Shown in pieces: positions 43,219 to 53,206 of a stretch of 64,000 bases of DNA. The position numbers were made by a program, and so were the translations under genes. The stretch covers positions 224,001 to 288,000 of the forward strand of contig CAWKBC010000029.1 of assembly GCA_963847705.1 (NCBI GenBank), written 5' to 3'. Below the pieces are notes generated by a model, which was given only the letters and a program-made list of their open reading frames with translations, did not search any database and was not told the DNA's origin. Each line of letters begins with the position of its first letter. Position 1 is the stretch's first letter. This stretch comes from an uncultured Pseudomonadota bacterium (GTDB lineage Bacteria > Myxococcota_A > Polyangia > Fen-1088).

Positions 43219-43252
43219 CCGATGGCGCGGAGCGCGGGAGGCTGACCCGACC

Positions 43253-44353
43253 TTGGATGGTCGCCGCCAGCCGTCACGAAGCCCCGCGGGCGTCGAGCTT
43301 TGTCTGGCCCTCTGGTTGGCGTTTCCGCTCGGGTGCCACCAGCGCAGCTACGTGGTTCCCGCGCCAGACGCGGCGATCAGCGATGCCAGCGGCGACCTCT
43401 TCGCGCCGCTGACCCTGGATATCTCGGTCACCGGCTGCCCCTCGTTCGACGTCGTTCGGGTCGTCTGCAGCGGGTCTGCGCCGCTGACCGTCTCGTTCGC
43501 GCCGGTCGGCTCGCCGACGTTGACCACCTTTCTGTGGACCTTCGGCGACGGAACCCCTTCGTCATCCGAGCGTGCGCCCTCCCATACCTATGCGCTCCCC
43601 GGAAACTACGACGTCGGCGTCACCGGCCAGGGAGACACCGTCGGGAGCTTGTCCCAGATTCGCCACAATCTGATCTCCGTGCAGGCGCTGGCGACCGGCG
43701 CGGCATGCGACGTGGACAACCAATGCAGCGACGGGCTGCACTGTCTCTGCAAGTCGGGCTCGGGATGTGGCCCGGCTTTCTCCCGGGGGATCTGCTCGAC
43801 GGCCTGCGCCACCGGATTCTGCGGCGCCGGGGCGGTTTGTGCCGCCTTCACCGTCGGCGCCTCGACCGCGAGCGACGCCGGGACCAGCTCGGACGGGGGG
43901 ACAGCTTCCCCCATCTGCCTCGCGGATTGCGCGGGGGGCGCAGCTTGCGCGCCAGGCTTCGTGTGCCAGCAGATCCCGGGCGGCGGGGGCGCGAACCCCT
44001 GGGTTCAGGGCTGCCTTCCGCTCGGCGCCGCCAGCGACTTCGGCTCGTCCTGCCGCAACGCGAACGGCCTGCTCGACGGCCGCGGCTGCACCACCGGCTT
44101 TTGCGCCGACGTCGGCGCCCTCGGGCTCTGCAGCGCCGCCTGCGACGGGACCCACCCCTGCCCCCCCGGCGCAGCCTGCGCCCGCCTCTCCGCGGCCGAG
44201 GCGTTCTGTCTGCCCGCCTGCTCGACCACGACCCCCTGCACCAGCGATCCGTCGCTCGGATGTGTGTTGGCGACCGATGCCGATGCCGGGGTCGACGGCG
44301 GGCTGACGCTCACGTCCGGCGATCCGAGCCTCGCCTACTGCGCACCCAGGTAG
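43253..44353 (+). CDS. PKD-domain, Cys-rich lipoprotein (start uncertain)
   Basis: Lipobox LGC, WTFGDG..PSHTY..PGNY PKD signature and many paired Cys residues. Confidence 0.8.
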   Translation: MDGRRQPSRSPAGVELCLALWLAFPLGCHQRSYVVPAPDAAISDASGDLFAPLTLDISVTGCPSFDVVRVVCSGSAPLTVSFAPVGSPTLTTFLWTFGDGTPSSSERAPSHTYALPGNYDVGVTGQGDTVGSLSQIRHNLISVQALATGAACDVDNQCSDGLHCLCKSGSGCGPAFSRGICSTACATGFCGAGAVCAAFTVGASTASDAGTSSDGGTASPICLADCAGGAACAPGFVCQQIPGGGGANPWVQGCLPLGAASDFGSSCRNANGLLDGRGCTTGFCADVGALGLCSAACDGTHPCPPGAACARLSAAEAFCLPACSTTTPCTSDPSLGCVLATDADAGVDGGLTLTSGDPSLAYCAPR

Positions 44354-44380
44354 CTCGGACCGGGCTCAGCCGGCCCGAGG

Positions 44381-44590
44381 TCACTCGTCGTCGGCTTCTT
44401 CGTGGCCGAGGGACTTGTTCACCTTCCGCTCGACCTCTCCGACCTTCTCGTTCGCGGCCCCGGCGGCCCGCTCGACCGTCCCCTCTGCCTGAGTCTCTTT
44501 GTTCCCACTGAGCGCGCCGATCGCTTCCTTCACGCGCCCCTTGATGTTGTCCACCTTGCCTTTGATCTCACGCTTGAGGTCGTCTTTCAT
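44381..44590 (-). CDS. csbD: CsbD family stress protein
   Basis: KGKVDNIKGRVKEAIG..EG pattern; GGAGG RBS. Confidence 0.85.
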   Translation of the reverse strand: MKDDLKREIKGKVDNIKGRVKEAIGALSGNKETQAEGTVERAAGAANEKVGEVERKVNKSLGHEEADDE

Positions 44591-44657
44591 TTCAATCCTC
44601 CCCGGTAGAAGCTGACCATCGCGCCTCGGTGGTCAATGTGGGCGGCGTCCCCACGGA

Positions 44658-44685
44658 CGTAACGGCCTGGGAGCGAGCGGTTACC
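44658..44685. promoter_or_regulatory. Palindromic upstream activator site C
   Basis: CGTAAC-N16-GTTACC. Confidence 0.45.
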
Positions 44686-44747
44686 GGCTCGAGGCCGATC
44701 CGCGACAGAGCCGGGCGGGAAACAGCGCGGTCGCTTGCCCCGCGTCT

Positions 44748-44763
44748 CGGCACGCGGGTTGAA
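44748..44763 (+). promoter_or_regulatory. sigma54 -24/-12 promoter
   Basis: CGGCACG-CGGG-TTGAA. Confidence 0.55.
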
Positions 44764-44801
44764 TGGATCGGGAACGTCAGCGAAACCGCTTTTCGACGAA
44801 A

Positions 44802-44910
44802 GCACACGGGACTTTCCGCGGTGGCAAAAAAAGGGCGGCCGCTGGAGTGAAGGGGCGCGCGACGGGGGGACGTGGCCGGCGGCAGGGGCGAGGCGGGAAG
44901 TCCCGTGTGC
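44802..44910. other. 109-bp element bounded by an 18-bp inverted repeat (candidate sRNA, leader or MITE)
   Basis: gcacacgggactttccgc (44802-44819) pairs with gcgggaagtcccgtgtgc (44893-44910), with one G-U pair. Confidence 0.5.
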
Positions 44911-44946
44911 GACTGAGGCAGGCGGCGGTGTTAAGTTCGGCGGCAA

Positions 44947-45591
44947 ATGCCGGAGCCACTTTCGCCGTCGGGTCGCTGCGCCATCCCGGTGGCGCACGGA
45001 CAGCTGGAGGCGATCGTCCGCGAGCCCCTGGCGCCGGTGGCCGCGGCGGTGGTCTGCCACCCGCATCCGCGGGGCGGCGGGACGATGAACAACAACGTCG
45101 TCTATCGGCTGGCGAAGGCGCTGGTCGACGGGGGCCTGGCGACGCTGCGGTTCAACTTCCGGGGCGTCGGCGCCTCGACCGGCAGCTACGCCGAGGGGCT
45201 GGGCGAAGAGGACGACGCCCGCGACGCGCTCGACTTCCTGCGCGCGCGCCACCCGTCGCTGCCGCTCTGGATCGCCGGGTTCTCGTTCGGCGCGCGGGTC
45301 GGGCTGTCGGTCGGGGCGCGTGACGCCCGGGTGGAGAAGCTCCTCGGCGTCGGTCTGGCGCTCAAGCTGTTCGACTATGGCCTCCTGGCCTCCTCCCGCA
45401 AGCCGAAGGCGATCATCCAGGCCTCCGAGGACGAGTACGGCGCGCGCGAGGCGATCGAAACGGCGGTCCGCGGCATGGCCGAGCCGAAGCGCCTCTGGAT
45501 CGTCGACGGCGCCACCCACCTCTTTCCCGGCCGGCTCGATCCGTTCGAGGCCGCCGCCCGCGAGGCGGTCGCCTTTCTAAAGACCGTCTAG
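44947..45591 (+). CDS. Alpha/beta hydrolase
   Basis: HPHP..GGTM, FNFRGVG, GFSFG nucleophile elbow and HLF. Confidence 0.92.
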   Translation: MPEPLSPSGRCAIPVAHGQLEAIVREPLAPVAAAVVCHPHPRGGGTMNNNVVYRLAKALVDGGLATLRFNFRGVGASTGSYAEGLGEEDDARDALDFLRARHPSLPLWIAGFSFGARVGLSVGARDARVEKLLGVGLALKLFDYGLLASSRKPKAIIQASEDEYGAREAIETAVRGMAEPKRLWIVDGATHLFPGRLDPFEAAAREAVAFLKTV

Positions 45592-45665
45592 GATCGCGTG
45601 AGGGCGAGACGGTTTTGCCGGCTCGACCTCTTCGCGGGGGGTGTGGGACCCTCCCAGGGTCCCAC
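45591..45665. repeat. Dispersed palindromic (REP-like) element, copy 1
   Basis: gtgggaccct-ccc-agggtcccac hairpin, a second hairpin and a GGATCGCGTGA end shared with the copy at 58558. Confidence 0.7.
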
Positions 45666-45669
45666 GGTG

Positions 45670-46725
45670 CTAATACCCGAGGTGCGCCTGGCGCGGCTTG
45701 CCCGACTTGTCGGGCACGAACTGCGGCGCCCGCTTGTCGCCGCCCACCCGCAGCGCCAGGCCGCGGACGCCCCCCGCGCCCACGGTGAGGTGGTCGACGG
45801 TCGGCTTGGCCGCCGCCTCGTGCCAGACCTGCAGCTCGTACTCGCCCGGCGGGACGCCCTTGATGCTGAAAGCGCCGCTCGCGTCGGACTCGGCGTAGTA
45901 AGGGGTGTCGACGACGACGACGAATCCGAACATCGACGCGTGGATGTTGCAGAGGAGCTGAACGGCGCCCGGATGCCGGAACGTCTCCGTGTACGTCGCG
46001 CCCTGCTTGTAGAGCCCCGTGTCGAACTCGTTCGGCTTGGAGAGCGAGAAGATGTTGTGGAAGATCGGATCGTCGTTGCGAAAGGCGACCCTGGTGCCGA
46101 CGGGGACCACCAGCACGTGCGGCACGAACATCTTGCCGCGCTGGCTGATCACCTTGCCGCGCGCCGGCGCGGGGCGCGGCGTCTCGCCGCTGGCTCGCTT
46201 CAGCCAGATGACCGCTCCGCCGGGCCCCTGGGGACCTCCGCCCGAGACGGCGCCGCTCACGCTGACGGTCGGGTTCGCGGAGGCGACCGGCGGAAGCGGC
46301 GCAGCGGCGGTCGACGACGGAGGTGTCGTCGACGATGACGCTGGCGACGGCGCCACCGCCTCGGCGGCGGGCCGACCGGCGGCCCGGCTGCGCGCCTCGT
46401 TCGCCAGCGGCCTGATCGTCCTGTCGAGCTCGGGATCGAGCGGGTGGAGCTTCAGCAGCGCCTCCCACTTCGTCGCGGCGGTCGAGAAGTCGCCGGCGTC
46501 CCAGGCCAGCTTGCCGCCGGCGAGAAGATTGAAGATGAGATACTGCTTCTCCGCCGCCGACTTCACCGCCAGATCCTGCGGCGTGCGGACCGCGAGCGGC
46601 AGGGGCAGCTCCTCGCCGAGCCATCCCCGCGCCTCCGCGGGGGGCGGCGCGGCCACCGCCGGCAGCGCCCACAGCGCCGCCGCCAGCAGCGTCGCGCCTG
46701 CGATTTGCAGCGACCGCATCGTCAC
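45670..46725 (-). CDS. Secreted protein with cupredoxin-like and carboxypeptidase-regulatory-like domains
   Basis: Signal peptide; FRNDDPIFHNIFS...CNIHASM (His/Cys/His/Met); VPPGEYEL. Confidence 0.8.
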   Translation of the reverse strand: MTMRSLQIAGATLLAAALWALPAVAAPPPAEARGWLGEELPLPLAVRTPQDLAVKSAAEKQYLIFNLLAGGKLAWDAGDFSTAATKWEALLKLHPLDPELDRTIRPLANEARSRAAGRPAAEAVAPSPASSSTTPPSSTAAAPLPPVASANPTVSVSGAVSGGGPQGPGGAVIWLKRASGETPRPAPARGKVISQRGKMFVPHVLVVPVGTRVAFRNDDPIFHNIFSLSKPNEFDTGLYKQGATYTETFRHPGAVQLLCNIHASMFGFVVVVDTPYYAESDASGAFSIKGVPPGEYELQVWHEAAAKPTVDHLTVGAGGVRGLALRVGGDKRAPQFVPDKSGKPRQAHLGY

Positions 46726-48044
46726 CAGCTATACACCAACGACGAGGTGAAGACGTTGTTGGCGACCGTCGGCGCCCCCGCCAGCTCGCGGTTGTCCAGG
46801 TACTCGGCCTTCAGGATCAGCGCCTCCCACAGATCGAGCCGCAGGCCTCCCGTGAACCGGTCGACGGTGATCGGGGTGAACCCCTCGAACCAGGCGTGCC
46901 GGCGACCGTAGCGCCCATAGACCGTCAGCTTGTGAAGCGCCCCGACCGAGAACGGCAGCGCGTAGGCGAGCTGCAGGTAGCCACCGCGGGCGTTGAACGT
47001 CGACGAAATCGGAAAGTTGCCCAGCGACGTCGTCTTCGGTCCCCCCTCCCCTTCGTCGACGTGGACGTACTCGGCGTTGAGATAGACTCCCGCCACCGCG
47101 ACGCGCGCGTCGAACCCGTACTCCTTCTGGTGCGCCGCCTGATAGGGCTGATCGTTGCGCGAGCCGTAGAGGCCGGAGGCGCCCAGCTTGACCTGGATGC
47201 CGGGCGTGTTCAGCTCGTAGCCGAGCCGCCCGGCGCCCACCGGCGCGCCGGTCAGGCTGGCGTCCGGCGGCTGCAGCGACTCGACGAAGTTGCCGCTGTT
47301 GGTCGCGGAGACGTTCAGGCTCACCGCCGACTGCAGTGGCTGGATCTGAATTCGGTAAAACAGCTTGGCGCCGATCGACTGTCCGGTGGTGTAGCGGGCC
47401 ACCAGCGACGGCGTCACCCCGGTGCGGATGTTGGCCTCGTTGTCGAGGTACTCGATCCCGAACACGGAGTCGAACTTGCCGGCGGCGAGCGCGAATTCCT
47501 GGCTGTCGAACGGGACGAGACGTCCGAACGCCTGCTCGACGTAGACCCGCGTGTCGTCGCCGCTCCCGGTGAAGCGTGGCAGAAACTGCACGCGCGAGAA
47601 GACCATCAGCGGCGCCGAGGCCGGCGTGTACTTGAGATCGACGTCGAGCGTGTTGAGCAGGAACGAGGCATTCCCGCCGATCCCGACCGAGCGGGGGAGA
47701 AAGCCATTCACGAACCGCCCGTTCGAGTTGGTGGACGCGACGTCGCCGCGCGAGTTGACCGCCGGCGCGAAGGTGTCGACGCCGTAGTCCGCCGGGATGC
47801 TCTGGTCGTTGGGCGCGAAGCTGGTCCCGTCCCCCTGCGCCTTGGCGAAGCCGACGTCGATGTACCCGTTGATGGAGAGCGGCGAGGGCGCCCCTGCCCC
47901 TTCGACCGCTGGCGTGTAGCCATCGCTGTCGTTGATCGGTTCGGGCTCGGCTTCCGGCTCGGGCGGTGGCAGGGCCGGCGCGGGCTGCCCGAAGGCGCGC
48001 GTTCCCCACAACAACGCGGCGACGGCGACCGCGGACCCCTTCAC
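46722..48044 (-). CDS. Outer-membrane beta-barrel porin-like protein
   Basis: Signal peptide, INGYID, AGKFDSVFG, LKAEY, alternating beta strands and C-terminal LVYSW. Confidence 0.8.
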   Translation of the reverse strand: MKGSAVAVAALLWGTRAFGQPAPALPPPEPEAEPEPINDSDGYTPAVEGAGAPSPLSINGYIDVGFAKAQGDGTSFAPNDQSIPADYGVDTFAPAVNSRGDVASTNSNGRFVNGFLPRSVGIGGNASFLLNTLDVDLKYTPASAPLMVFSRVQFLPRFTGSGDDTRVYVEQAFGRLVPFDSQEFALAAGKFDSVFGIEYLDNEANIRTGVTPSLVARYTTGQSIGAKLFYRIQIQPLQSAVSLNVSATNSGNFVESLQPPDASLTGAPVGAGRLGYELNTPGIQVKLGASGLYGSRNDQPYQAAHQKEYGFDARVAVAGVYLNAEYVHVDEGEGGPKTTSLGNFPISSTFNARGGYLQLAYALPFSVGALHKLTVYGRYGRRHAWFEGFTPITVDRFTGGLRLDLWEALILKAEYLDNRELAGAPTVANNVFTSSLVYSW

Positions 48045-49282
48045 AGAGGTCCCGCCGGCTGGGGGACCGGCACGTCGCCGCTCTCCGGCACGACCAGGTC
48101 GGTCACCTCCCAGTTGACCGTGATGGCGGTTGTCTCCTCGGTGGAGAGATCGAGGTTCGCCTGGAGCGCCGCCTCGGAGGCGAGCCAAATGCAGCTCTCC
48201 GGGTTGGCCGGGTCGGCCGCGAGCAGGGTCGGATCGTCGAAACACCCGCTGACACCCTGGGAAGGATCGCCGGCGTTCAGGGCGACGCGTCCCGAGAACG
48301 TGGCGATCTGGAGGTCGGTGGCGTCGGGCGTAAACCCGACGAAGGCGCCCAGGCCGTCCGCCTGCAGATCGAGCTGCAGCTGGCTGCCCGGTTGCGCGAA
48401 CACGCGCGCCGTCTGAGGCACCACCACCGTGTGAACGCGGTAGTACGCGGAGTTGCGCTGGCCGCCCCCCGGCAAGGCCACGCCCGAGCCGGGCGGCCCG
48501 GCCCCGAGGATCGTCGGGATGCTCGGCGAAGCGAGCACCGATCTGTCCGGACCGATGAACGTCAGCACGTAGATCGGCGCTTCCTGCACCACGTTCGTCG
48601 CGGGGTCCCAGGTGAACATCGAGGTGCCGAAGTCGAGGTAGGAGACGAGCGCCCCCTCGAGGTAGCCCGTTCCCTGAAGGGTGTAGGTGTTCAGCTCCGT
48701 GGTCGACGGAAGCGCGACGTTGTCCGGGACGAGGGGCATCGTGTGCGCGTCGCCCAGGGTGAGCGGGTAGCCGCCGTCGAGGATCTGCTTGGCCGAGGTC
48801 AGCGTGCCCGCCACCGTGTCGGGCGGAACCTCCGCGTAGACGATCTGGACGAACGGGCTGTAGAAGCCGCTCGTCGGTCCGGCGCTGAAGATCGGCTGCT
48901 CGCTGTCGCCGACGAGCTCCAACGGCTCGCCGAGGAACCGGCGCCTGACCAACACGTAGGCCGGCTGCATCCAGACCTGCGGGTAATTGGCCCAGACCTC
49001 GGTGGTCAAGAAGGCCACCAGCTGGCCGTCGGCCCAGGCCGTGCGCGCGACGAGCGTCGACGACCGATCGGACGCCAGTGGAGAAGAGATGAGGTCGAGC
49101 GGAATTCCGCCCGGCAGGCCGTCGTTGGCGGCGATGGCCTGGCTGCCAGGCGCACCCCCGGCGTAGAGCGCCTGGACGTCGAACAGCGTCCAGAGCTTGG
49201 CCGCGGGCGGCGCCGGCGCCTGGGAGCAGCCTCCGAGCGCGATCAGCGACGCGAAGGCAACGACACGAAGGACCGACCCCAC
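48041..49282 (-). CDS. Hypothetical lipoprotein
   Basis: Lipobox LGGC after a hydrophobic stretch; stop overlaps the porin start. Confidence 0.75.
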   Translation of the reverse strand: MGSVLRVVAFASLIALGGCSQAPAPPAAKLWTLFDVQALYAGGAPGSQAIAANDGLPGGIPLDLISSPLASDRSSTLVARTAWADGQLVAFLTTEVWANYPQVWMQPAYVLVRRRFLGEPLELVGDSEQPIFSAGPTSGFYSPFVQIVYAEVPPDTVAGTLTSAKQILDGGYPLTLGDAHTMPLVPDNVALPSTTELNTYTLQGTGYLEGALVSYLDFGTSMFTWDPATNVVQEAPIYVLTFIGPDRSVLASPSIPTILGAGPPGSGVALPGGGQRNSAYYRVHTVVVPQTARVFAQPGSQLQLDLQADGLGAFVGFTPDATDLQIATFSGRVALNAGDPSQGVSGCFDDPTLLAADPANPESCIWLASEAALQANLDLSTEETTAITVNWEVTDLVVPESGDVPVPQPAGPL

Positions 49283-49323
49283 GGCGCGAGCATAAGCGCC
49301 CGCGCCGGGTCGACGCAAAACCC

Positions 49324-49355
49324 GGGAGGGTTTGGGAACCCTCCCAGGGTTCCCA
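49324..49355. repeat. Dispersed palindromic element, copy 2 (partial)
   Basis: gggagggtt-tgggaaccct-ccc-agggttccca. Confidence 0.7.
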
Positions 49356-49364
49356 TCCTATTGA

Positions 49365-49892
49365 CTAAGCCGGTTTGCCGAGCGTCTTGGCGCCGGGCTT
49401 CCACTCGACGGGGCAGCGCTCGCCGGTCTGGAGCGCCTGCACGAGCCGCAGCGTCTCCGACACCGAGCGACCGAGCAGGTCGGCGTTGTAGGAGGCGTGC
49501 TGCACGATGCCGTTCGGGTCGATGATGAACGTCGCGCGCAGCGCCATGCCGTTGTCTTCCATCAGCGCGCCGTAGTCGCGGGCCACCGTCTTGTTGAAGT
49601 CGGCCAGGAGCGGGTGATTGAGCTTGCCGAGGCCGCCCTTCACCCACGCCTTGTGCGAGTGCTTGGAGTCGGTCGAGGCGCCCAGGATCTCGCAGTTGGC
49701 GGCACGAAACTCTTCGTGCCGTCGCGAGAACTCCTGGATCTCCGTCGGACAGATGAATGTGAAGTCCGCCGGGTAAAAGAATAGAACGACGTACTTCCCT
49801 TTGTAGTCAGAGAGCGAAACCTTCTTGAAGTCGCCGTCGCCGACGACCGCGTCCACCGTGAAATCGGGAGCCTTCTTTGTGACCAAACTCAT
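49365..49892 (-). CDS. ahpC: 2-Cys peroxiredoxin (AhpC/TSA)
   Basis: FFYPADFTFICPTE, GRSVSE and RCPVEW motifs; AAGGAG RBS. Confidence 0.93.
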   Translation of the reverse strand: MSLVTKKAPDFTVDAVVGDGDFKKVSLSDYKGKYVVLFFYPADFTFICPTEIQEFSRRHEEFRAANCEILGASTDSKHSHKAWVKGGLGKLNHPLLADFNKTVARDYGALMEDNGMALRATFIIDPNGIVQHASYNADLLGRSVSETLRLVQALQTGERCPVEWKPGAKTLGKPA

Positions 49893-49997
49893 TTCATTCT
49901 CCTTGGATGTGCGGCGAAACAGTAGCACAGGATTTGAAACCGACTGTTCACACTCTACCGATTGCCTTCGATCGGGGTTAGACAGAAGATCGAGTCC

Positions 49998-51329
49998 ATG
50001 AAGCCTACCTTGCTGGTCTGTGGGCTCGTCATGGCGGCGACCCTCTCTTGCGGCAGCAGCGGCTCGAGTGACACAGGCCCGGGCCTCACGACCATGGGGA
50101 TGCTCGGCAAGCCGTCCGTCGCGCTCATCGCCGGCAACCTGATCTTCGTCAGCGCGTCGATGAACGCGATGGACGAGGATCCCGGATCTTTCGGGATGCT
50201 GATCGACAGCGGATCACCCGTCGTCCTGATCGACCCCTCGCTGTTCGGCACGACGCCGCCCACCACGACCGCGAAGATCTCGACCACCGTCAGTCTCGGG
50301 CTGCTCGACGCCAACAAACAGCCCGTGGTCATCATCGACAACGCGCCCGTGCTGCAGGTCTCGAACGCGATGATGGATGCGCTCGGGTTCGGCGGAATTC
50401 TGGGCGGCGACGTGATGCGCCAGTTCTCGGTGCAGCTCGACTACGCGGCGCCGATGATGCAGGGCTTCTGCCTCGGCTGCACCGCCAGCACCGACCGCAC
50501 CGACGTGCAGCTGCCGGGCGATGTCGTCCCGTTCACCCTCAAGGGTGGCGGCAACTCACCGGTCACGCTCGGCACCGACAGCCAGGGGAACGCCATCAAC
50601 AGCCCGGTCGTGGGCATCCCACCGACGCGCATCCCGGTGACCGTCACGATCGACGGGACCGACCACCCCTGCATCGTCGACACCGGAGCGACCGAGGTGT
50701 CGTTGCGCTCGACCGTCTTCGACCAGCTGGTTTCCGACGGGCGCGCCCAGCTGGTCAGTGGCATCGCCATCATGACCATCGCCGGGGCTTCGAACGCCTC
50801 CCTCACCCGCGCCAAGACGATGACCGTGGGCGATTCGACCGTCGACGACGTCCCCGTCATGACCATCATGAGCACCGTCCCGGACCAGCTGCTCGACGGC
50901 ATCAGCAGCGAGCTGGGCAAGCCGATCGACTGTCTTCTGGGCGGCAGCTACCTGCGCAACTTCTTGGTCACCATCGACTACCCGAACGGGCAGCTCGATC
51001 TGCAGCCCTACCTGACGCCGCCGATTCCCGACGAGTTTCGGCGGGTCGGGATCACCATCGGGCTCGACGCCACCGGCAGCAACTTCGTGGTGTCGTCGGT
51101 CTACCCGAACAGCGACGCGGCCGCCAAGGGCATCAAGGTCAACGACGAGATTGTGGCCATCGACGGCACGAGGTTGGCCAACGTCGGCTACGTCGCCGCC
51201 GCCGACCAGCTGCTCGACGGGACGCCGGGCACGTCGAAGACGCTCACCTTCGGACCGAAGACCACCGACCCATCGCTGGCCAACGCCATGGTCTCGGTCC
51301 TGGTCGACGATCTGATTCCGAACCCCTAG
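49998..51329 (+). CDS. Lipoprotein with two retropepsin-like aspartyl protease lobes and a PDZ domain
   Basis: Lipobox LSC; LIDSGS..GILGG and IVDTGA..CLLGG; SDAAAKGIKVNDEIVAIDG. Confidence 0.85.
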   Translation: MKPTLLVCGLVMAATLSCGSSGSSDTGPGLTTMGMLGKPSVALIAGNLIFVSASMNAMDEDPGSFGMLIDSGSPVVLIDPSLFGTTPPTTTAKISTTVSLGLLDANKQPVVIIDNAPVLQVSNAMMDALGFGGILGGDVMRQFSVQLDYAAPMMQGFCLGCTASTDRTDVQLPGDVVPFTLKGGGNSPVTLGTDSQGNAINSPVVGIPPTRIPVTVTIDGTDHPCIVDTGATEVSLRSTVFDQLVSDGRAQLVSGIAIMTIAGASNASLTRAKTMTVGDSTVDDVPVMTIMSTVPDQLLDGISSELGKPIDCLLGGSYLRNFLVTIDYPNGQLDLQPYLTPPIPDEFRRVGITIGLDATGSNFVVSSVYPNSDAAAKGIKVNDEIVAIDGTRLANVGYVAAADQLLDGTPGTSKTLTFGPKTTDPSLANAMVSVLVDDLIPNP

Positions 51330-51433
51330 CGGCGGCGTCAGTCGGCCGCCATTTCGACCGTCGTTCCAGCCGCCGGGCTGGGAATATTTTCCCGCATGGC
51401 TGTGCTGTGAACGCCGGTGCTAGACTCCCTGGC

Positions 51434-52225
51434 ATGGCCATCCGAACAGCGTTCCGCACCTCCAATCCCGCCCTCTCGTCGAAGTCGTTCGGCGGCTTCG
51501 TGGCCGTGGACCCGAGCGCTCCTGGCGCCTCCCGCGCCGACGCGCGGGCGATGACGATTCAGGGGACGGTCGACAAGACGGCGATCCTGCTGGCGGTCAC
51601 CATCTTCACCGCCATCTGGCCCTGGCGGCTGCTGTTCGAAGCGCGTGATCCCGGGGTGGTCATGCCCTGGCTGCTCATCGGAGGGGTGGGCGGGCTCATC
51701 ACCGCGATGGTGACGATCTTCAAGAAGAGCTGGGCGCCGGTGACCGCGCCGATCTACGCCGCCTGTGAGGGGCTGGCGCTCGGCAGCATCTCGGCGCTGT
51801 TCGAGGTTCGCTACCACGGCATCGCGTTTCAGGCGATGGCGCTGACCTTCGGCACCCTGGCGGTCATGCTGGTGGCTTACAAGACGAAGGCGATCAGGGC
51901 GACCGAGGGGTTCAAGCTCGGCGTCATCGCAGCCACCGGCGCCATCGCCATCGTCTACCTGCTCTCCATGGTGCTGAGCATGTTCGGCATTCACATGGGA
52001 TTCATCTATTCGTCGGGGCCGCTCGGCATCGGCATCAGCCTGGTGGTGGTCATCGTGGCCGCGCTGAACCTGGTGCTCGACTTCGACCTCATCGAGCAAG
52101 GGGCCCGGCAGGGGGCGCCGAAGTTCATGGAGTGGTACGGCGCATTCGGGATCCTGGTCACCCTGGTCTGGCTCTACCTCGAGATCCTGCGCCTGCTGTC
52201 GAAGCTGAACGATCGCCGAAACTGA
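51434..52225 (+). CDS. Bax inhibitor-1/YccA family membrane protein
   Basis: RTSNP, seven TM helices, LVLDFD and TLVWLYLEILRLL. Confidence 0.92.
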   Translation: MAIRTAFRTSNPALSSKSFGGFVAVDPSAPGASRADARAMTIQGTVDKTAILLAVTIFTAIWPWRLLFEARDPGVVMPWLLIGGVGGLITAMVTIFKKSWAPVTAPIYAACEGLALGSISALFEVRYHGIAFQAMALTFGTLAVMLVAYKTKAIRATEGFKLGVIAATGAIAIVYLLSMVLSMFGIHMGFIYSSGPLGIGISLVVVIVAALNLVLDFDLIEQGARQGAPKFMEWYGAFGILVTLVWLYLEILRLLSKLNDRRN

Positions 52226-52308
52226 ACGACCGCCCCGGGCCCCAACCCGCGAGGGAGCAACCCGCGCCGCGGTTTGACCCCGAACCGCAGGTGCTTACGG
52301 TTTCCTTG

Positions 52309-53205
52309 ATGCCTTTCGTGAAGACGGCCGAGCTGCGCCCTCATCTCTTCTCCAGCTATCTCCGGACAGCCTTGCTGATGGGGGGGCTGATCGCCCTCCT
52401 GGCGATCGGCGGGCGTGCGCTCGGCGGGACGCAGGGGATGCTTCTGTTCGGCGGGCTCGGTCTGGTCACGAATTTCCTCATGTACTGGTTCTCCGATCGG
52501 ATCGCGCTGGCGGCCCACCGTGCCCAGCCGGTCACCCGCGCCGAAGCCCCCACGATCTACGCCATCGTCGAACGACTGACCCAGCGGGCCGGCCTGCCGA
52601 TGCCGCGCGTTTACGTCATCCCCTCGGCCTCGGCCAACGCCTTCGCGACCGGCCGCAACCCCCACCACGCGGCGGTGGCGGTCACCGAAGGGATCCTGGA
52701 CATCCTGAGCGAGCCTCAGCTGGAGGCGGTGCTGGCCCACGAGCTCTCGCACGTGAAGAACCGCGACATCCTGATCGCCACCATCGCGGCAGCGATTGCC
52801 GGGCTGGTCTCGACCATCGGGCACGTGATGCAATGGGGGCTCATGCTCGGTGGCTTGCGCGGGGGCGACGACGACAGACGAGGCGGCGGCCTCGCGGCGC
52901 TCGCCTGGATCATCGTCGCGCCGATCACGGCGCTCCTGATCCAGCTGGCCATCAGCCGCTCGCGTGAGCTCGGCGCCGACGCCTCGGGCGCAGCCCTCTG
53001 CGGACACCCCGAAGACCTGGCCGCGGCCCTGGCGCGGCTCGAACAGGGGCAGCAGGTCCGCCCGTACGAGTTCGCGGGCCCGGCCACCGCGCACCTCTTC
53101 ATCGTGAACCCGCTGCGCGGCGCGGCCGCGACCTTCATGAACCTGCTCTCCACCCACCCCCCGATCGAGGAGCGCATCCGGCTGCTCCAGGCGATGCGGG
53201 CCTGA
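52309..53205 (+). CDS. htpX: Zinc metalloprotease HtpX
   Basis: NAFATGR, HELSH, SRSRE..AD and STHPP motifs. Confidence 0.93.
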   Translation: MPFVKTAELRPHLFSSYLRTALLMGGLIALLAIGGRALGGTQGMLLFGGLGLVTNFLMYWFSDRIALAAHRAQPVTRAEAPTIYAIVERLTQRAGLPMPRVYVIPSASANAFATGRNPHHAAVAVTEGILDILSEPQLEAVLAHELSHVKNRDILIATIAAAIAGLVSTIGHVMQWGLMLGGLRGGDDDRRGGGLAALAWIIVAPITALLIQLAISRSRELGADASGAALCGHPEDLAAALARLEQGQQVRPYEFAGPATAHLFIVNPLRGAAATFMNLLSTHPPIEERIRLLQAMRA

Positions 53206-53206
53206 G

